The notes under the pieces were generated by a model, which worked only from the letters and a program-made list of their open reading frames with translations, did not search any database and was not told the origin of the DNA. The position numbers and the translations under genes are program-made. Of a stretch of DNA of 64,000 bases, positions 46,152 to 58,465 are shown piece after piece. Source of the stretch: Blastocladiella emersonii ATCC 22665 (lineage: Eukaryota > Fungi > Blastocladiomycota); the NCBI GenBank assembly GCA_025594325.1, contig JANHCV010000013.1, positions 1,240,001 to 1,304,000 on the forward strand, written 5' to 3'. The stretch's first letter is position 1; each line of letters opens with the position of its first letter.

Positions 46152-49100
46152 TCAGACGGTGGGGTACAGCGGGAAAGCGAGGCCGCGCTTGAGCTCGGAC
46201 TTGAGCACCGCGAACGCCGCCGCCGTGCCCGCGTCCGTCTTGGGGAACTCGGTCACGTCGGGCACGCCACGATCGACCACAGCCGCGTGGCCAAAGTCAA
46301 AGTACTCGCGAATCGCGGCCGAGTGCTCGCCCGACCACCTGGCGAGATGAAACCGCTGCGACTGCTGGGCAAAGTGCGCGTCCTCGGCCGCCTCAATGAG
46401 CGGGCGGATCCGGTTCACCACCGCGCGCTTGGTCACGGCCACGTCGGGCACGCACAAGTAGCTCACGTCGAGCGCCGTCGTGAGCCCAAACGCCTTGCCC
46501 TGCGGCGGCAGGTGCACGGGCCGGTTGACGAAGAACACGACGACGACGTTCCCGCTGCCGCCACGGTCCAGGACCTTGCCGACGAACAGGCACGGCAGGT
46601 CCTCCGCCTTGGCGCGGATCTCGAGGTGCATCGCCTTGAGCGCCACGGAGCTGCACGCGCCGAGGTTGCGCAGGTCCGACATGAGCCGCGGGAAAAAGAG
46701 CTGGCCGAGGCCGTGCGGTGACTCGGCTTTGCTGTACATGCCGTTCACAACAATCAGCCCGGCGGGGCGGAACTGCAGCGAGTCGGGCTGCCCGTGGTCG
46801 ATGGGCGGCAGCGCGATGCGCGGGATCAGCGCGGGAAGACCGAGCGCGGGATCGACCGCCTGCGCGACCAGCGCAAGCGACACCACGATCGTACGCGACT
46901 TACGGTCGACTTTGACGTCGGTCGCGCGCGCCGTATACGGCAGGCGGAACGTCTGCACCTTGTCGTCGACAAGCAGAGCCACGGCGCCGCGGTGCTGCGC
47001 GAGATCGCTCGCGGGCACCGGCTTCACGCGGACGCGCTCGCGACCCGCGGGCAGGTGGAGCACGAGGCGGCCGTTCGCGTGATCAAGCAGTGAAAAGTGA
47101 GCGGCGGACAGGTGCCAAGCCGGCGGCGAAGCAGGTGCGGTGCTAGCAGCGGAAGCGGACGCCGTGATCCCGTGGATCGCGGACTGAAGCTCAGTGACGC
47201 GCACGCGCGTCGTCTTGACTGCGGGCGTCGAAGCTGGTGACGAACGCCGCGTGCGGCCCGCCTGGTCAAAGCCAAGCTCGTCGCTGATGAACTTGGGGTT
47301 GCCGACCACCACGTCATCCAGCCGCGTATGCGCGCGCAAAGCACCAAGCGAGAATTTGGCCGTACGATCAGCGACGTGCTCCGCTGACAGGTACCACGTC
47401 ACCTGGACGGTGCCGCGGACCGCGTCGTGGACGGCACGGATCGAGCGGAACACCGTCGTCGCCTTCGAGCCGACCATGTTGACGAAAATGGCAGCGGTCG
47501 ACGCGGAAAGCGGCGAAGGCGAGAGCAGCGTGAACGTGGCCTCGGCGCGGTACACGAACGGGTCCGTCTGCCCAGGCACACCGCGGGGGAACCCGTGGTA
47601 GTGCGCAACGAGAATACTCTCAGCACACGAGCCGAAGGGAGTGCCCGACTTGATAAGCATGCCGCTGATCTCGTTCATGTCCACGTCCGGGCGCTGCCAC
47701 GGAAGCGAATTGTAGAGCGCTCCATGAGACCAGACGATGCGGCCCGCAGCGAAGGCGTACGCAAAGGCCTTCATGAGGAGGGCGCCGGTGAAGTGGGGTC
47801 CACCTACGAGAATTCCGAGTATGGTTAGTTACAAGCGTGGCGGCTGCGCGCTGCGATGAGAAACGGACCGAGGGCGCAGCTGTGGCACGGGTCTACCTTC
47901 GAGAGCAGGAAAGAGAGCCGAACAAACTCGACGACCATTTGCTTCGAGTCGGCAATCGAGAGAGGAACGTCGGGCGGCGCCAGCTTGCGCAAGAAGAATT
48001 GGCGATGCTTGAGCTGCTGAGAGACGCGGCGCTCGTCCGGCTCGGACGGCGCGAACGGGTGCGTGCGAGCGTGCCAGTGGTCAAAGTAATAGTCGCCAGA
48101 CCCGCAAAACGCGACGCCAAACAGGACGGGAAGCACGCAATAAGCAGTGAACGCGGCAGACTCGAGCGCCTCGCGAGCGCCGCGAGTGCTCCCATGCTCC
48201 TCCTTCAACAAGGCGTGGGCAATGGAGTCGTGGTTCGATTTGTGGCTCGAGCAGATGCAAAGGAGCGAGTGGTCACCCGTCTCGCCGTCGCTGTACTTGA
48301 GCACGGCCAAGCCGTGGAGAAGAAGGTTGCTGAAGCCGCAGCGGTCCGCCAGCGTCGACGTCTCGACCACGTCGAAACGGAGCTCGGGGTCCGATGTCAT
48401 CTCCTCGAGAACAAGGACAGCGTCACCGAGAACAAAGAAGAGCTCGCGCGACGGCGCGCTAGGGGCGTCGGGACCAAACGCTGACACGAGTGCGCCGATC
48501 CACTTGGTCAGCTGGCTCCACAACCCCTGATCAATACTCTGGTGGCTCGCGTCCATGAATATCCCAGCAAGCGGGGTACCGAGAGGAGAGCTGATTTTCG
48601 TCGACGAAGCGCGGAAGGTCGGGTTGACAACGTAGCGCGGCGGCGACTCCGAGTTGGGCTGCGCCTGCGCGTGAAGCTGGCCGCGGTAGTCGCCCAAAAA
48701 GTACGCGCCGTCGTCGACGAATCGTTCGACCCCGCAGGCAAGGCGTCCGTCGGTGCGACCGCCAAGAGTGTGCATCGGCCCCAACTCGAGGAAGAGCGGG
48801 ACCCGCGAGCGAAGGATGAGAGTTTCGCGCGCGGTCTTGGTGCGGTCTTTCTTGGACTTTTGCGCAGTGCGGTCGTAGTCCCTGTGAAGGCGAGGCAGAC
48901 GCAACGGGTCGGTCGCAAGAAGCTTGGCGCGGGCGGCCGCGTGCTCTGCCGAAGTGGGAGTCGAGTTGCACCGCTCGATCCAGGCGCTCCAGCAAGCGCG
49001 AACGGCTTGAAGCGTCGCATCGTTCGTGACGCGGACCCGCGGGTAAGCCGTGTGCCAGTTGACGTCCAGGCACGCGCGCATCTGCTCGACCCAGTACGCG

Positions 49101-49483
49101 AGCGCGGCCGACTCGAGGTGCTCCGAAAACCTCAGCTGCCCAATGAAGCGGTCCATCGTCTCGCGGTCGAGCTCCGAAATCATGAGAGCGTGCAGGATCA
49201 GCAGCGAGCGAGCAATCGGCTCGGCGCGCAGGTCGTTGAGCGTGAAGGACATGGCGGCGAGCGACCCTTTGCGCTCGGCCTCGCCGATCGTCAGGGCGAC
49301 CGAGCGCAAGTCGTTGAAGCCGCACAGCAGAACATCAAGTTTGCGGTCGGCATCGCTGGAATCGTGGTAGAGGAAGACGTCGGTGGCGTGCGAGTCGCGA
49401 AACGGATCGAAGTGCTCAGACGGATCCGTGTAGATGACCGTCGCGCATGTTTGCGTCGGCATAAACTTTGACTCTGAGTCCAT
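46152..49483 (-). CDS. DUF4470-domain protein, apparently intact, two exons
   Basis: VLLCGFNDLRSVALT...FTLNDLRAEPIARSLLIL. A phase-1 intron at 47804-47868 (GTCCGT...ACTAAC...TAG) joins ORFs 47825..49501 and 46152..47774. Confidence 0.75.
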
Positions 49484-49713
49484 TGCAGCAAGTCGATTCA
49501 TCCGTTTAGCATTGGCGGGTGAGGAGAGACCTGTGGAGCGAGAGGGCGGATGGCGCTGCGGAGCCGCGAAACCAGCGTTGGCGGCGTGAGTCGATCAAAC
49601 GGAAATAAGGAACGCGCGGATCACATGATAAAATGTCTCGCGTGTCTCACGCCCGACGCGTCGAGATCGGAGTGCGCAAGGAGCTCGCACCGAGCTTCAT
49701 ATACACCTCCCTT

Positions 49714-50722
49714 TCAGGCGTCGTGCACGGCATTCACGGCTCCATAAGCTTGCAGTTCCCAAGGACACAAATAAATCAGATGCATTTTTAAATGGGTGCG
49801 GAAGAGCGGGAACAACAGCGCGCGCTTGAGCTTCGGCTTGAGGTACGTAAAGGCCGCAGCTGTCCGCGCGTCCGTTGCCATGACCCGCCAAAAGTCGGGG
49901 ACCAAGCGATCGAGCGCGTGCGCGCCGGACCGGGCGCTTGGGAACGTCGGGTTCACGACAAGGGCCTTGTCCGTGGTGCTGCCGTTCGTGCAAAAGTAGA
50001 CGCCAGTTTCGACGAGATTTTGGACCTCGCAACGGGTGCGCGCGCTACGCGAAGGCTTGAGCAAATCGGCGCACTCGAGCATCGCAACCGAAGCCGCGCG
50101 ATCCAAGAGCACGTCGCTCGATTGCTCCAGCTCGGAGGTTGCCTTGTCGGTGCTACCAAGCGCGGCGTATCGATTTCCTGCGGGCTCCGCCGAGTCTCGC
50201 ACAAAGTCGTACCGCTCAAGCCAAGCCGTCCAGCAAGCGCGGGCGGCGCGAAGTGTCACATCATTCATGACGCGGACCCAGGAAGCAGTCGAGAGCCAGT
50301 CACACTCGAGGCAAGTGCGCATTTGGCCAACCCAAAAGTCAAGCGCCTCCCGCTGGAGTTGCACCGAGAACCAGAGCTGGCCGATGAAGCGGTCAAGTTT
50401 CGCACGGTCGAGCGTCGAGGTCATGAGAGCATGTAGAATCAAGAGCGAGCGAACAATCGGCTTCGGTCGGAGGTCGTTGAGGGTGAAAGACATGGCCGAG
50501 AGGGATGCCTTGCGCTCAGCTTCACCGACCGGAAAGGCAACCGACCGCAAGTCGTGCAAGCCGCATAACAAAGCATCAAGCTTACGGTCGGGGATACTCG
50601 CGTCGTGGTAGAAGAAAGCGTCCGTGGCGCACGAGTCGCTGTACGGGTCGAAGTGCGCAGGCGGGTCTGTAAAGAACTGTCGCCCTGGTCTGCGTTGGCA
50701 TAAATTGTGACGCTGATTCCAT
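49714..50722 (-). pseudogene. DUF4470 paralogue with large internal deletion
   Basis: MESASQFMPTQTRATVLY start is out of frame with the rest. The N-terminal domain is colinear with the 49483 gene, then jumps to the final motif TDARTAAAFTYLKPKLKRALLFPLF. Confidence 0.75.
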
Positions 50723-50865
50723 TGCATTAAGTTATTTTCTTGAGCTTTGCGTTTACGGTCGCGACTGAGGGACGTTGCGAGAAGCAGTCCGCGGCGGTCA
50801 AGCCAGGGGGGGGGGGCTCCCTGGTCAAGCCGACCAGCATGCATGGATACCGATCCCGTGGGTGG

Positions 50866-50889
50866 TCACATGATTTCTCGACGCGTCTC
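50866..50889 (-). promoter_or_regulatory. Composite motif GAGACGCGTCG-AGAAAT-CATGTGA
   Basis: About 144 bp upstream of ATG 50722, same strand. Confidence 0.65.
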
Positions 50890-52103
50890 CTGCCGCTTGC
50901 TCCGTGCCCCTCCGGCCTTTCCTAAGAGTGACCAGGCAAATCGTGCAAGACATGTACGAAATATTTATTTTTTAAACAATTTACGAATGGCAACCAAACT
51001 CGATACTAAGGAGGAGCAGGAGCAAGAGAGCGCGCGACACATGTCAGCATTGCTTTGCTACTTTCGTCACGGCGGCGACGCGCATGATTCGCCCTTACAA
51101 CGCTGGCCACGTACCGCTCGCGCACAGCGACGCGTTGATACATGACAACTCTGAGCGAAGCAGCGAGCGACCTCGTACCCCGTGGTCATAGCCGCGCACA
51201 GCCTCTCAAAGGCCATGGCCGCTGCTTGACCCCGGCTCGACTGGAACCGCGCTTTGCCACGCAGCCATGCGAAACTGCGGTTGATCACCTCAGCTCATGG
51301 ACCGGATCTTAGTCTGCCAGCACGGGACAACCTGGCGGCCCAGCGGCGCCAGCTCGAGATGCGCCATGCCTTTCCATCGTCCTGCGAGTTCGCTCACTCG
51401 TGGCCCCTCGAGGTCGCCGCACGCACGTCCGCGTTCCGCGCCTCCGTCTCACCAAACTCGCTTTCGCTTCGAGCAACCGCTTCGTGTTAGCCGTGCCGCA
51501 ATACGCGATCCTCTCAACGTCGAGCCGAGATGCGCACCGCGCCGCTCGCATTTATCTCAATTCGAGAAACGGACGCGACGCGCGACGCGCGCGACCACGA
51601 TGGCCGCGGCCGTTCTGGTTCACGCTCCTGCACCTTTGCTCTCCGGCCGTCGTCGATCCTTGACGTACAGTTCAGGTCCTGTTCGCGGCGCCAGTGTGAT
51701 CTGCGACACGAGCTCGCCTCGCTTCAATCCAACCGTTGCTCAGCGGCGGCCGAGGCCGCGGCCTGGATCCCGCCTTGCCCGCAGGCCACGTCGCGTCCGC
51801 GCACCGCGGCGCTTTTATCGTTTCTTTCCTTGCGACGCACTTCGTGCGTCTACGTGTTGTTCCACAAGGGTCGGAGCGGCGAGCAGCTCCGAGCTCACGG
51901 CAATGGCCGCGCGACGTTCAAGAGCACCGCGGCCGCTGTTCATGGCTGTGGCCAGCTCCTACCCTGGCTCCGACCCGCGTCCATCGCGCAACTCTCACTC
52001 TCAACCAACTTCGAGCTCGACAGGGAGAATAATATATGCAATGAACCCGCAACAACAAAACGAAATATACACTCACTTACCAACCTCACCACGCACCACC
52101 CTC

Positions 52104-54467
52104 TTAGTGATGCTCACCACCACCATCATGATGCCCACCATCCTCGCCGCCGTCGAACCCGCCGACATGGTGGAAGTTCCCGTGGTCGTCAACGACGAGC
52201 CCGAGCTCCGCCATATCCGCATGGTCGGCCCCACCATCACCACCCGCCGCGAGATCCGCGGCCCCGAAATCGTGCACGAGCGCCGCGACGTCCGCGTCGT
52301 CCATGCCCGCGCCGCCGATATCCCACCCGCCGGCGCTCGGCGCCGTCGCGTCCTCGATGGCCGCGTCGAGCGCGTGGAACTGCGCCGCGACGTCATCCGA
52401 CGCGGGAGCCGAGGTGTCGTCGACGGCGTTGTGCGCCGCGGATGCGGCGGGAGCGGCAGCTGGCGAGTCGGCAGTGGTGCTGGGCAGGGCGGCGGGGAGC
52501 GCCGCGGGCAGCGCGGACCCGTCGGCGAGCGTGACGGCCTCGGAGTGGGCCGTGGTGCCGAGGTCGAGCGTGAACCCGGCGTCGGTGGCGGGGTTGGCGT
52601 CCGTGAGGTGGTTGGCGGTCACCGCGGCGCCGGCCGCCGACGAACTCGACGCACCGGAATCGTCGACGAGCTTGTTGGGCACCGTCGACGTCGTAGTATG
52701 CGCGGGCGCCTGCGGCGCCGACTGCACGGCGTTAGCCTTCATGAGGTTCCCGACGAGGGCGCCGGCGGTGGCGAGCCCACCGATGGCGGAGACGGCCGAG
52801 ATGTAGGGCATGGCCTTCTGGATCCAGGGCTGCTGGGGTGCGTTCTGGGCCTGGACGGCCTGGGCGATGGAGGCGGGCATGAAGAGCATGAAGGACGACG
52901 CGAGCGAGGGTTTGGGTGCGGCGCCGGGCACGTCCCAGTCGACGAGGGTGAGCGCGCCGTCTTTCGCATCCGCCACCAGAATCTTCTTGGCCTCGGGGTG
53001 CGCGAGGGCGAAGGCGAGCGGGTTGTGCGGGAGCTTGAGGAACTCCCAGACGGCGGCGTGGTCGATGTCGGCGCGCTCGGTGAGGGTGCCGAAATCCTTG
53101 TCAACGGCGAGGTACAGCTCCGTGTCGGCGCACTGCAGGACCATCTTGGCCTTGTGGCCCTGGTTGAGGTCGAAGGTGTCGACGCGCCACATCTTGGTGT
53201 CGGAGACGAGCGAGATGGTGAAGTAGGCGGCACGGTGCGACTCCTTCTTGATGTCGAACTTGGCGAACTTGAAGGCGCCCGCCGTGACCTTGGCCTTGGT
53301 GTCGCGCTCAATGTACCGCTCCTTGATGTCGACCATGGACACGGGCGTCGTCAGGTTGGCCGTCGGGCCCGGCGGCGGGCGCGGCGGGCCGCCGGGACCG
53401 GGCGGGCCGTTCGGACCAGGACCCATCATGGGCGGGCGCGGGCCGCCGGGGCCGCCGGGACCACCCATCATGCCGGGACCGCCGGGCCCGCCCATCATCG
53501 GACCGCCGGGCCCGCCCATCATGGGCGGACGCGGGCCGCCGGGGCCCATCATGCCAGGACCGCCGGGGCCGCCCATCATCGGGCCGCCGGGACCGCCCGG
53601 GCCGCCCATCATCGGCGGGCGCGGACCGCCGGGACCGCCAGGACCGCCAGGGCCCATCATGGGCGGGCGCGGCGGGCCGTTCATGCCCATGGGACCGGGA
53701 CCGGGACCGCCGTTGTTGTTCATCATCATCATGGGTCCGGGACCGCCAGGACCGCCGGGGCCGGCCATGCCCGAGGGCGGGCGCATGCCGGAGCCGATGG
53801 ACGAGACGACGCCGTTGTTGGCGGGCGGGGAGGGCGTGCGCTGGGCGGCGGGCGCGGCAGCGGGCGGGGCGGCGGTGCTCTGGCGCGAGTTGGAGGGCGG
53901 GCGGGCGTTCGAGGTCGGGCGGCCGAGCGACGCCCCGGCGGCCATCTCCATCTTGAACATCTTCTCCCAGCCGGCATCGAGACTGCCGAGCGCGAGCGAC
54001 CCGTCCTTGACGATGAGGACGCGCTTGGTCGGGTGCGTCAACGAGAAGAAGCCGCCCTCGAACGCCTGCATGGTCCAGATACAGAACGAGTTGGGGTTCT
54101 GGACGACCTTGAGGACCGCGTCCTGCTCGGTGCCGACGTAGCGCGGCGGGGTGCCGAACCGGAACAGGACCTGGACGCCCGACTCGGGCTTGTACAGCGG
54201 GACGGGCGGCTGCTGCGCGACGTAGCGCAGGATCGACACGTGCGCGGCGGGCGTCACGGGCGCCGACGACGACGCCCACGTGTAGGCGCCGGCGGCGGAC
54301 GCGGCCGTGGCGTCGGCGATGGCGAGGTGCTGCTGCCACGCGTTGCGCAGGACCACCATCTTGAGCGGCGGCGGCGCGGTCCCCGACGTGGTGCCGGGCC
54401 GGTTGGCGGCGGCGTTGGCCGACTCGGGCCCGCGCGCGGGCGGCGAGTTGCCGCGGGACTGCTGCAT
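52104..54467 (-). CDS. Protein with two beta-trefoil/fascin-like segments separated by a Gly-Pro-Met-rich linker
   Basis: Long GC3-biased ORF. Segments PRYVGTEQDAVLKVV...IWTMQAFEGGFFSL...RVLIVKDGSL and LQCADTELYLAVDKD...AVWEF...KILVADAKDG flank (GGPGGPRPPMM)n, followed by an acidic Ala-rich tail. Confidence 0.6.
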   Translation of the reverse strand: MQQSRGNSPPARGPESANAAANRPGTTSGTAPPPLKMVVLRNAWQQHLAIADATAASAAGAYTWASSSAPVTPAAHVSILRYVAQQPPVPLYKPESGVQVLFRFGTPPRYVGTEQDAVLKVVQNPNSFCIWTMQAFEGGFFSLTHPTKRVLIVKDGSLALGSLDAGWEKMFKMEMAAGASLGRPTSNARPPSNSRQSTAAPPAAAPAAQRTPSPPANNGVVSSIGSGMRPPSGMAGPGGPGGPGPMMMMNNNGGPGPGPMGMNGPPRPPMMGPGGPGGPGGPRPPMMGGPGGPGGPMMGGPGGPGMMGPGGPRPPMMGGPGGPMMGGPGGPGMMGGPGGPGGPRPPMMGPGPNGPPGPGGPPRPPPGPTANLTTPVSMVDIKERYIERDTKAKVTAGAFKFAKFDIKKESHRAAYFTISLVSDTKMWRVDTFDLNQGHKAKMVLQCADTELYLAVDKDFGTLTERADIDHAAVWEFLKLPHNPLAFALAHPEAKKILVADAKDGALTLVDWDVPGAAPKPSLASSFMLFMPASIAQAVQAQNAPQQPWIQKAMPYISAVSAIGGLATAGALVGNLMKANAVQSAPQAPAHTTTSTVPNKLVDDSGASSSSAAGAAVTANHLTDANPATDAGFTLDLGTTAHSEAVTLADGSALPAALPAALPSTTADSPAAAPAASAAHNAVDDTSAPASDDVAAQFHALDAAIEDATAPSAGGWDIGGAGMDDADVAALVHDFGAADLAAGGDGGADHADMAELGLVVDDHGNFHHVGGFDGGEDGGHHDGGGEHH

Positions 54468-55358
54468 GTTGTCTTGCGGGATGGAAGGAAAGGCGCGCGC
54501 CGCGAGCGAGGCGAGCGTGTTGGACGAGGTCGGGATGAGCGGGAGCTGCGGCGGCGTCGACGCGGGGGACAGGTGCTGATGCGTTGCAGTGTCTGAGGGT
54601 GTCGCCGATAGCATGTGCTACGGGAGTTGCGGGAAGAGAGAGAGGACGGTTAGCGGCGGTCGGCGGTCGGTCGACGCGGTCTTCGGGGAACCGCTGCGGT
54701 CCGCTGCGGTCCGCTGCATCGAAACCACTCCCCGCCGCTGCGTTCTCGCCGCTGCCCGCTGTCCGCCGCGTTCCCGAGCACACATCGATTGTTTTCATTT
54801 CAGCACCGGCCTCGCGGCGCACGCGTGCGTGCGGGGTGACGCACCCAAGCCCGCCCGCTGTCGCCGTCGTGGCTGAGCACGGCGCCACGCCCGAATGAAA
54901 TCAATCACGGCGTGCGTGAGCCCGCGCGGACATGAACTTCGCGCGCCGGGCCGCTGGCGGGCAATCTCGGTCGGCAGCGGGGAGGGGAGGGAGGGGAGGG
55001 ATCGCGGCAGCGGTGCTGTGCCGCCATGGCCGCGGCCATCGCCGAACGTACGTCGTGGTCAGTGTCCGTCGAGTCGGGCCGGCGGCAGCCTCGTATACTG
55101 ATGTGTATGCTACGCTGGTGTGTTGGTCTGGGAGAGCGCGGTTCCTCGCCGTCCCCAGCGCCCTTGAGCCGGCCACGGCCGCGTATACATATATAACCCG
55201 CCGCCGTCGCCGTCGCCGTCGCCGTAGCCGCGAACCGCGGCGCGCTGCGGTGCCGCGACCGCCGACCGCAGCCTCTCTACTCCCGACTCACCCACTCGCT
55301 CGCCGACCATCCTAAGGGTTACACCCGCCAATCCACATGTATTCGTCACTCACCAACG

Positions 55359-58138
55359 TCAGATCTTGCGCTTCTTGGCCAGCCGCGCCATGGCGCCCTC
55401 CTCCTCCTCTTGCTTGGCCGACTTGGCCGCCTCGGCCTTGGCCCGCTCGGCGACCTTGCCGAACACGGCTGCGGGCACCTGCTTCTGCGCCACCTCGGTG
55501 ACGCCCTCGTCCTCCTCCTCGCCGTCCCCGTCACCGGCGCCGGACGGCACGAACGCGAGCCGCTTCTCCTCCTCGTCCTTCTTGGCCTTTTCCGCGCGCT
55601 CGGCCGCGTCCTTGTGCCGCTGCTTGGCGCTGGCCAGCTGCGCCGCGATATAGTTGACCTCGGTGTTGAACTGCGCCTGCACGCTGCGCTTCACGCGCAA
55701 CATCTCCTTGAACGTATCCTCGTTACCGTACTGCACCTCGAACGCGTGCCACGCCGTCCAGTATTTCGGCATCCCGCGCGGGTCCGCGAGCGCGGCGCCG
55801 TGCGCGAACACGGCGCGCGCACGGTCCACCTCGCCGAGGCGGAGCTCGAGCGCGGCAAACTCGAGACACGTCGCGGCCGCCGCCTTGTCGGGGAGCTGCG
55901 GGAGCGCGCGCTCGTACACGTCGCGTGCGGCGACGAGCCCGAAGTGCGTGGTGGCGACGTGCACCGCGTGCGCGTACAGATGGCGGCGGGCGTCGCGGGG
56001 CGCGGCGCGGCACGCGCGGTCGAGGACGCGCATCGCGCGGCGCACCTGCCCGTGCTGCAGCTCGACCGCCGCGTAGGGGACGTACAGCGCGCGCGCGTGC
56101 TGCGCCGGGCAGTCCGCGACGGCTTGCTCGAACAGGTCGCGCAGGCGCTCGAGGTGCACGCCTGACTGCGGCGCGGGCTCGCCCAATTCCTCGCCCGAGA
56201 GGACCGCGGAAACGTCGACGTCCAGCGCGTACCGGCGCATGAACTTGGCCAGGTACACGGTCCACAGGTCGAGGGCGACGGGCCACTTGAACGCGTCGAT
56301 GCCGCGCTCGTACACCTTGAACGCGTCCTCGTAGTAGTCGTGCGCCTCGAGGTACAGCGCGTAGTTGACGACCACCTGCGGCGTCGCGATCTTGAGGGCC
56401 AGCATCGCGTCGTACGCCGCCACGACCGTGTCGCGCGTCCCGAAACACTCTTCGAGGTCGACGCAGTACGACCACAGCGCGAGCGACTTGCACAGGCGGC
56501 GGTGCGCGGGGACGCGCGTGTCGCGGAAGTCGATGGTGGCGGCGCCCGCGGCGGGGATCGAGCACGCGCGGCCCAACAGATCGCGCGCGGCCGCGACGTT
56601 GCCCGCGCGCAGCTCAAAGTCGGCGTAGGCCGTCCACACGTTGACGAGCTCGCCGACCGTCTTGTACTCGGTGGTGCGCTTGACGGCGTGCTCGAACACG
56701 GCGCGCGCCGCGTCGCGGTCGCCGCGCTGCGTCTCGTGGTAGCCCGCGTACGCGGTCCACAGCTCGTCCATGCCGCCCGTCGCCTGCTTCGGGTGCACCG
56801 TGGCGAGCGCGCGCTGGTAGGTTTGTTCCACCTCGTGGGCGGGCACGAGCGAGGCGCGCTTGATCCACTCGAGCACGTTGTGCGGGTTCTGGCGCAGGAG
56901 CACGTCGTTGACGAGCACGGGCCGCGCGGCCATGAGCCGGTCGAGCCGCGTGAGGCGGAGGTCGACGTCGACTTGCGCGGCGTCGCGCGCCGTGGTGGCT
57001 GCCGCGAGGGCCGCGGCGTCGCCCGCTTTTTTCGCACGCTTGGCCGCCTTCTTGGCCGCGCCGAGCGTCTCGAGGTGCGCAGCGACGACCTGCTCCTCGA
57101 CCTCGAGGTACGCGTCGAACAGCTGGGTGAAATCTCGGAGGGTGACGACGGCGCGGAGGGCCTCCTCGAAGACATTCCGTGCGCGCTCGATGCGGCCGGC
57201 CGCGAGCCAGTACCGGGCGAGCGCGGTCCAGAAGGGCGCGGCGTGCTGCGGGAACCGGCGGATGCCCGCGCGCAGAATGTCGTCGACCGAGACGGCGGTG
57301 AGCGCATCGGGGTGCTGGACGGCGACGGTGCACAGCTTGTCGAAGAGATCGTACGACGATTTACCGCCAGAATCGGTCGACGTGGAGATGGCGCGCATGA
57401 GCTGTGTCGCGGCGCCGTTGTAGTCGCCGAGATCGAGCAGCAGCTTGATGTACGCGTAGTGCTGTTTCGGCTCGAGCTTGAGGTGGCGCTTGTGGACGTG
57501 TGCGGCGAGCGGGCCGCCGACACCCTCGGCCCAGGGCAGGTACAGGTCCCAGACGCGCGGGTGCTGCGTGGTCGGGAGCGCGCGCAGGGCGGCGTCAAAG
57601 GCCTCGCGGATCAGCCCCACGCGGTGCGGCAGCTCCTTTGTCAGCACCCCCAAATAGTCGGTCCACAGGCGCGGCATCTTGTGCAGGGTCAGGAGCGCGC
57701 GGGCGTAGCACCCGTGGAGCCGGGTGGCCTCGGCGTCGCGCGCGTGCGGGTCGGCGACGGACCGGAGCCCCGTGCGCGACCAGTCGAGGTACGCCTTCCA
57801 CAGCTTGTAGGACCCGGGCAGCGTGCGCACGGCGCGCTCGTACAGCAGCGCGAGGTGCGAGCGCGGGGCGCGGCCGAGCGTCACGGCGCCCAGCTTGTGC
57901 TCGAGGTACCGCACCCACGCGCGCACCGAGTACGGATCGCGCAGCAGGTCGTTTTCGAACGGCAGGTCGTCGTCGGCCTGGGGACGCGGGGATGCGGGTT
58001 AGCGGGTGAGGGTGCGTGATGATGGGTGGGAGGCCGTACAATGGTGCGCAGCGCAGTAGCCTTGGCGGCAGCGAGCGCGTCGGCCGAGAAGAACGGCGCT
58101 GCCGGTGGTGCGGAAGCGGGTGGGCCGTCCACGTCCAT
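55359..58138 (-). CDS. SYF1: Pre-mRNA splicing factor SYF1/XAB2 (HAT repeats)
   Basis: DLPFENDLLRDPYSVRAW, LYERAVRTLPGSYKLWKAYL, KMPRLW, TPQVVVNYALYLE, FKVYERGIDAFKWP and VQAQFNTEVNY. Intron 57978-58039. Confidence 0.95.
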
Positions 58139-58465
58139 TCCGATAAAAGAGCTGCGGCGGCGGGGCGCGGGGTCAGCATTTCGGCGGCCGCGCGATCGGA
58201 TGCATCGTGGTCCATTGCACGCACTTGGGGCGGGCGCGGCGACGGGGAGCGCGCGCGGGTTTCGGGCAGGGTTTCGGGGCGATGAGAGCGGACTCGGCGA
58301 GCGGCCGCAATGTCGGTGCGGTTGCGCGGGAAAGCCGTCACCTGAGAAGGCGTGAGTGGCGAGCCGCGCGCCCTCCAAGGTCCGTTCTCCCGGGCCCGCC
58401 TTCAACGCTGCCCGCTCCCTCCACCGACGCCCTCTCCCCCAACCCACACCCACAACGCTACTCAA

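Noticed and set aside
51067-51288. INRSFAWLRGKAR resembling the IS5/DDE ERxFAWL motif
   Set aside because: Too short, lacks the catalytic Glu and any upstream DD region, and could be chance.
51297-54596. 1099-aa plus-strand ORF
   Set aside because: Antisense shadow of the GC3-biased minus-strand gene, Arg/Gly-rich with no domain pattern. The same applies to 56340..58019, 60958..62781, 8508..9788 and many other listed ORFs.
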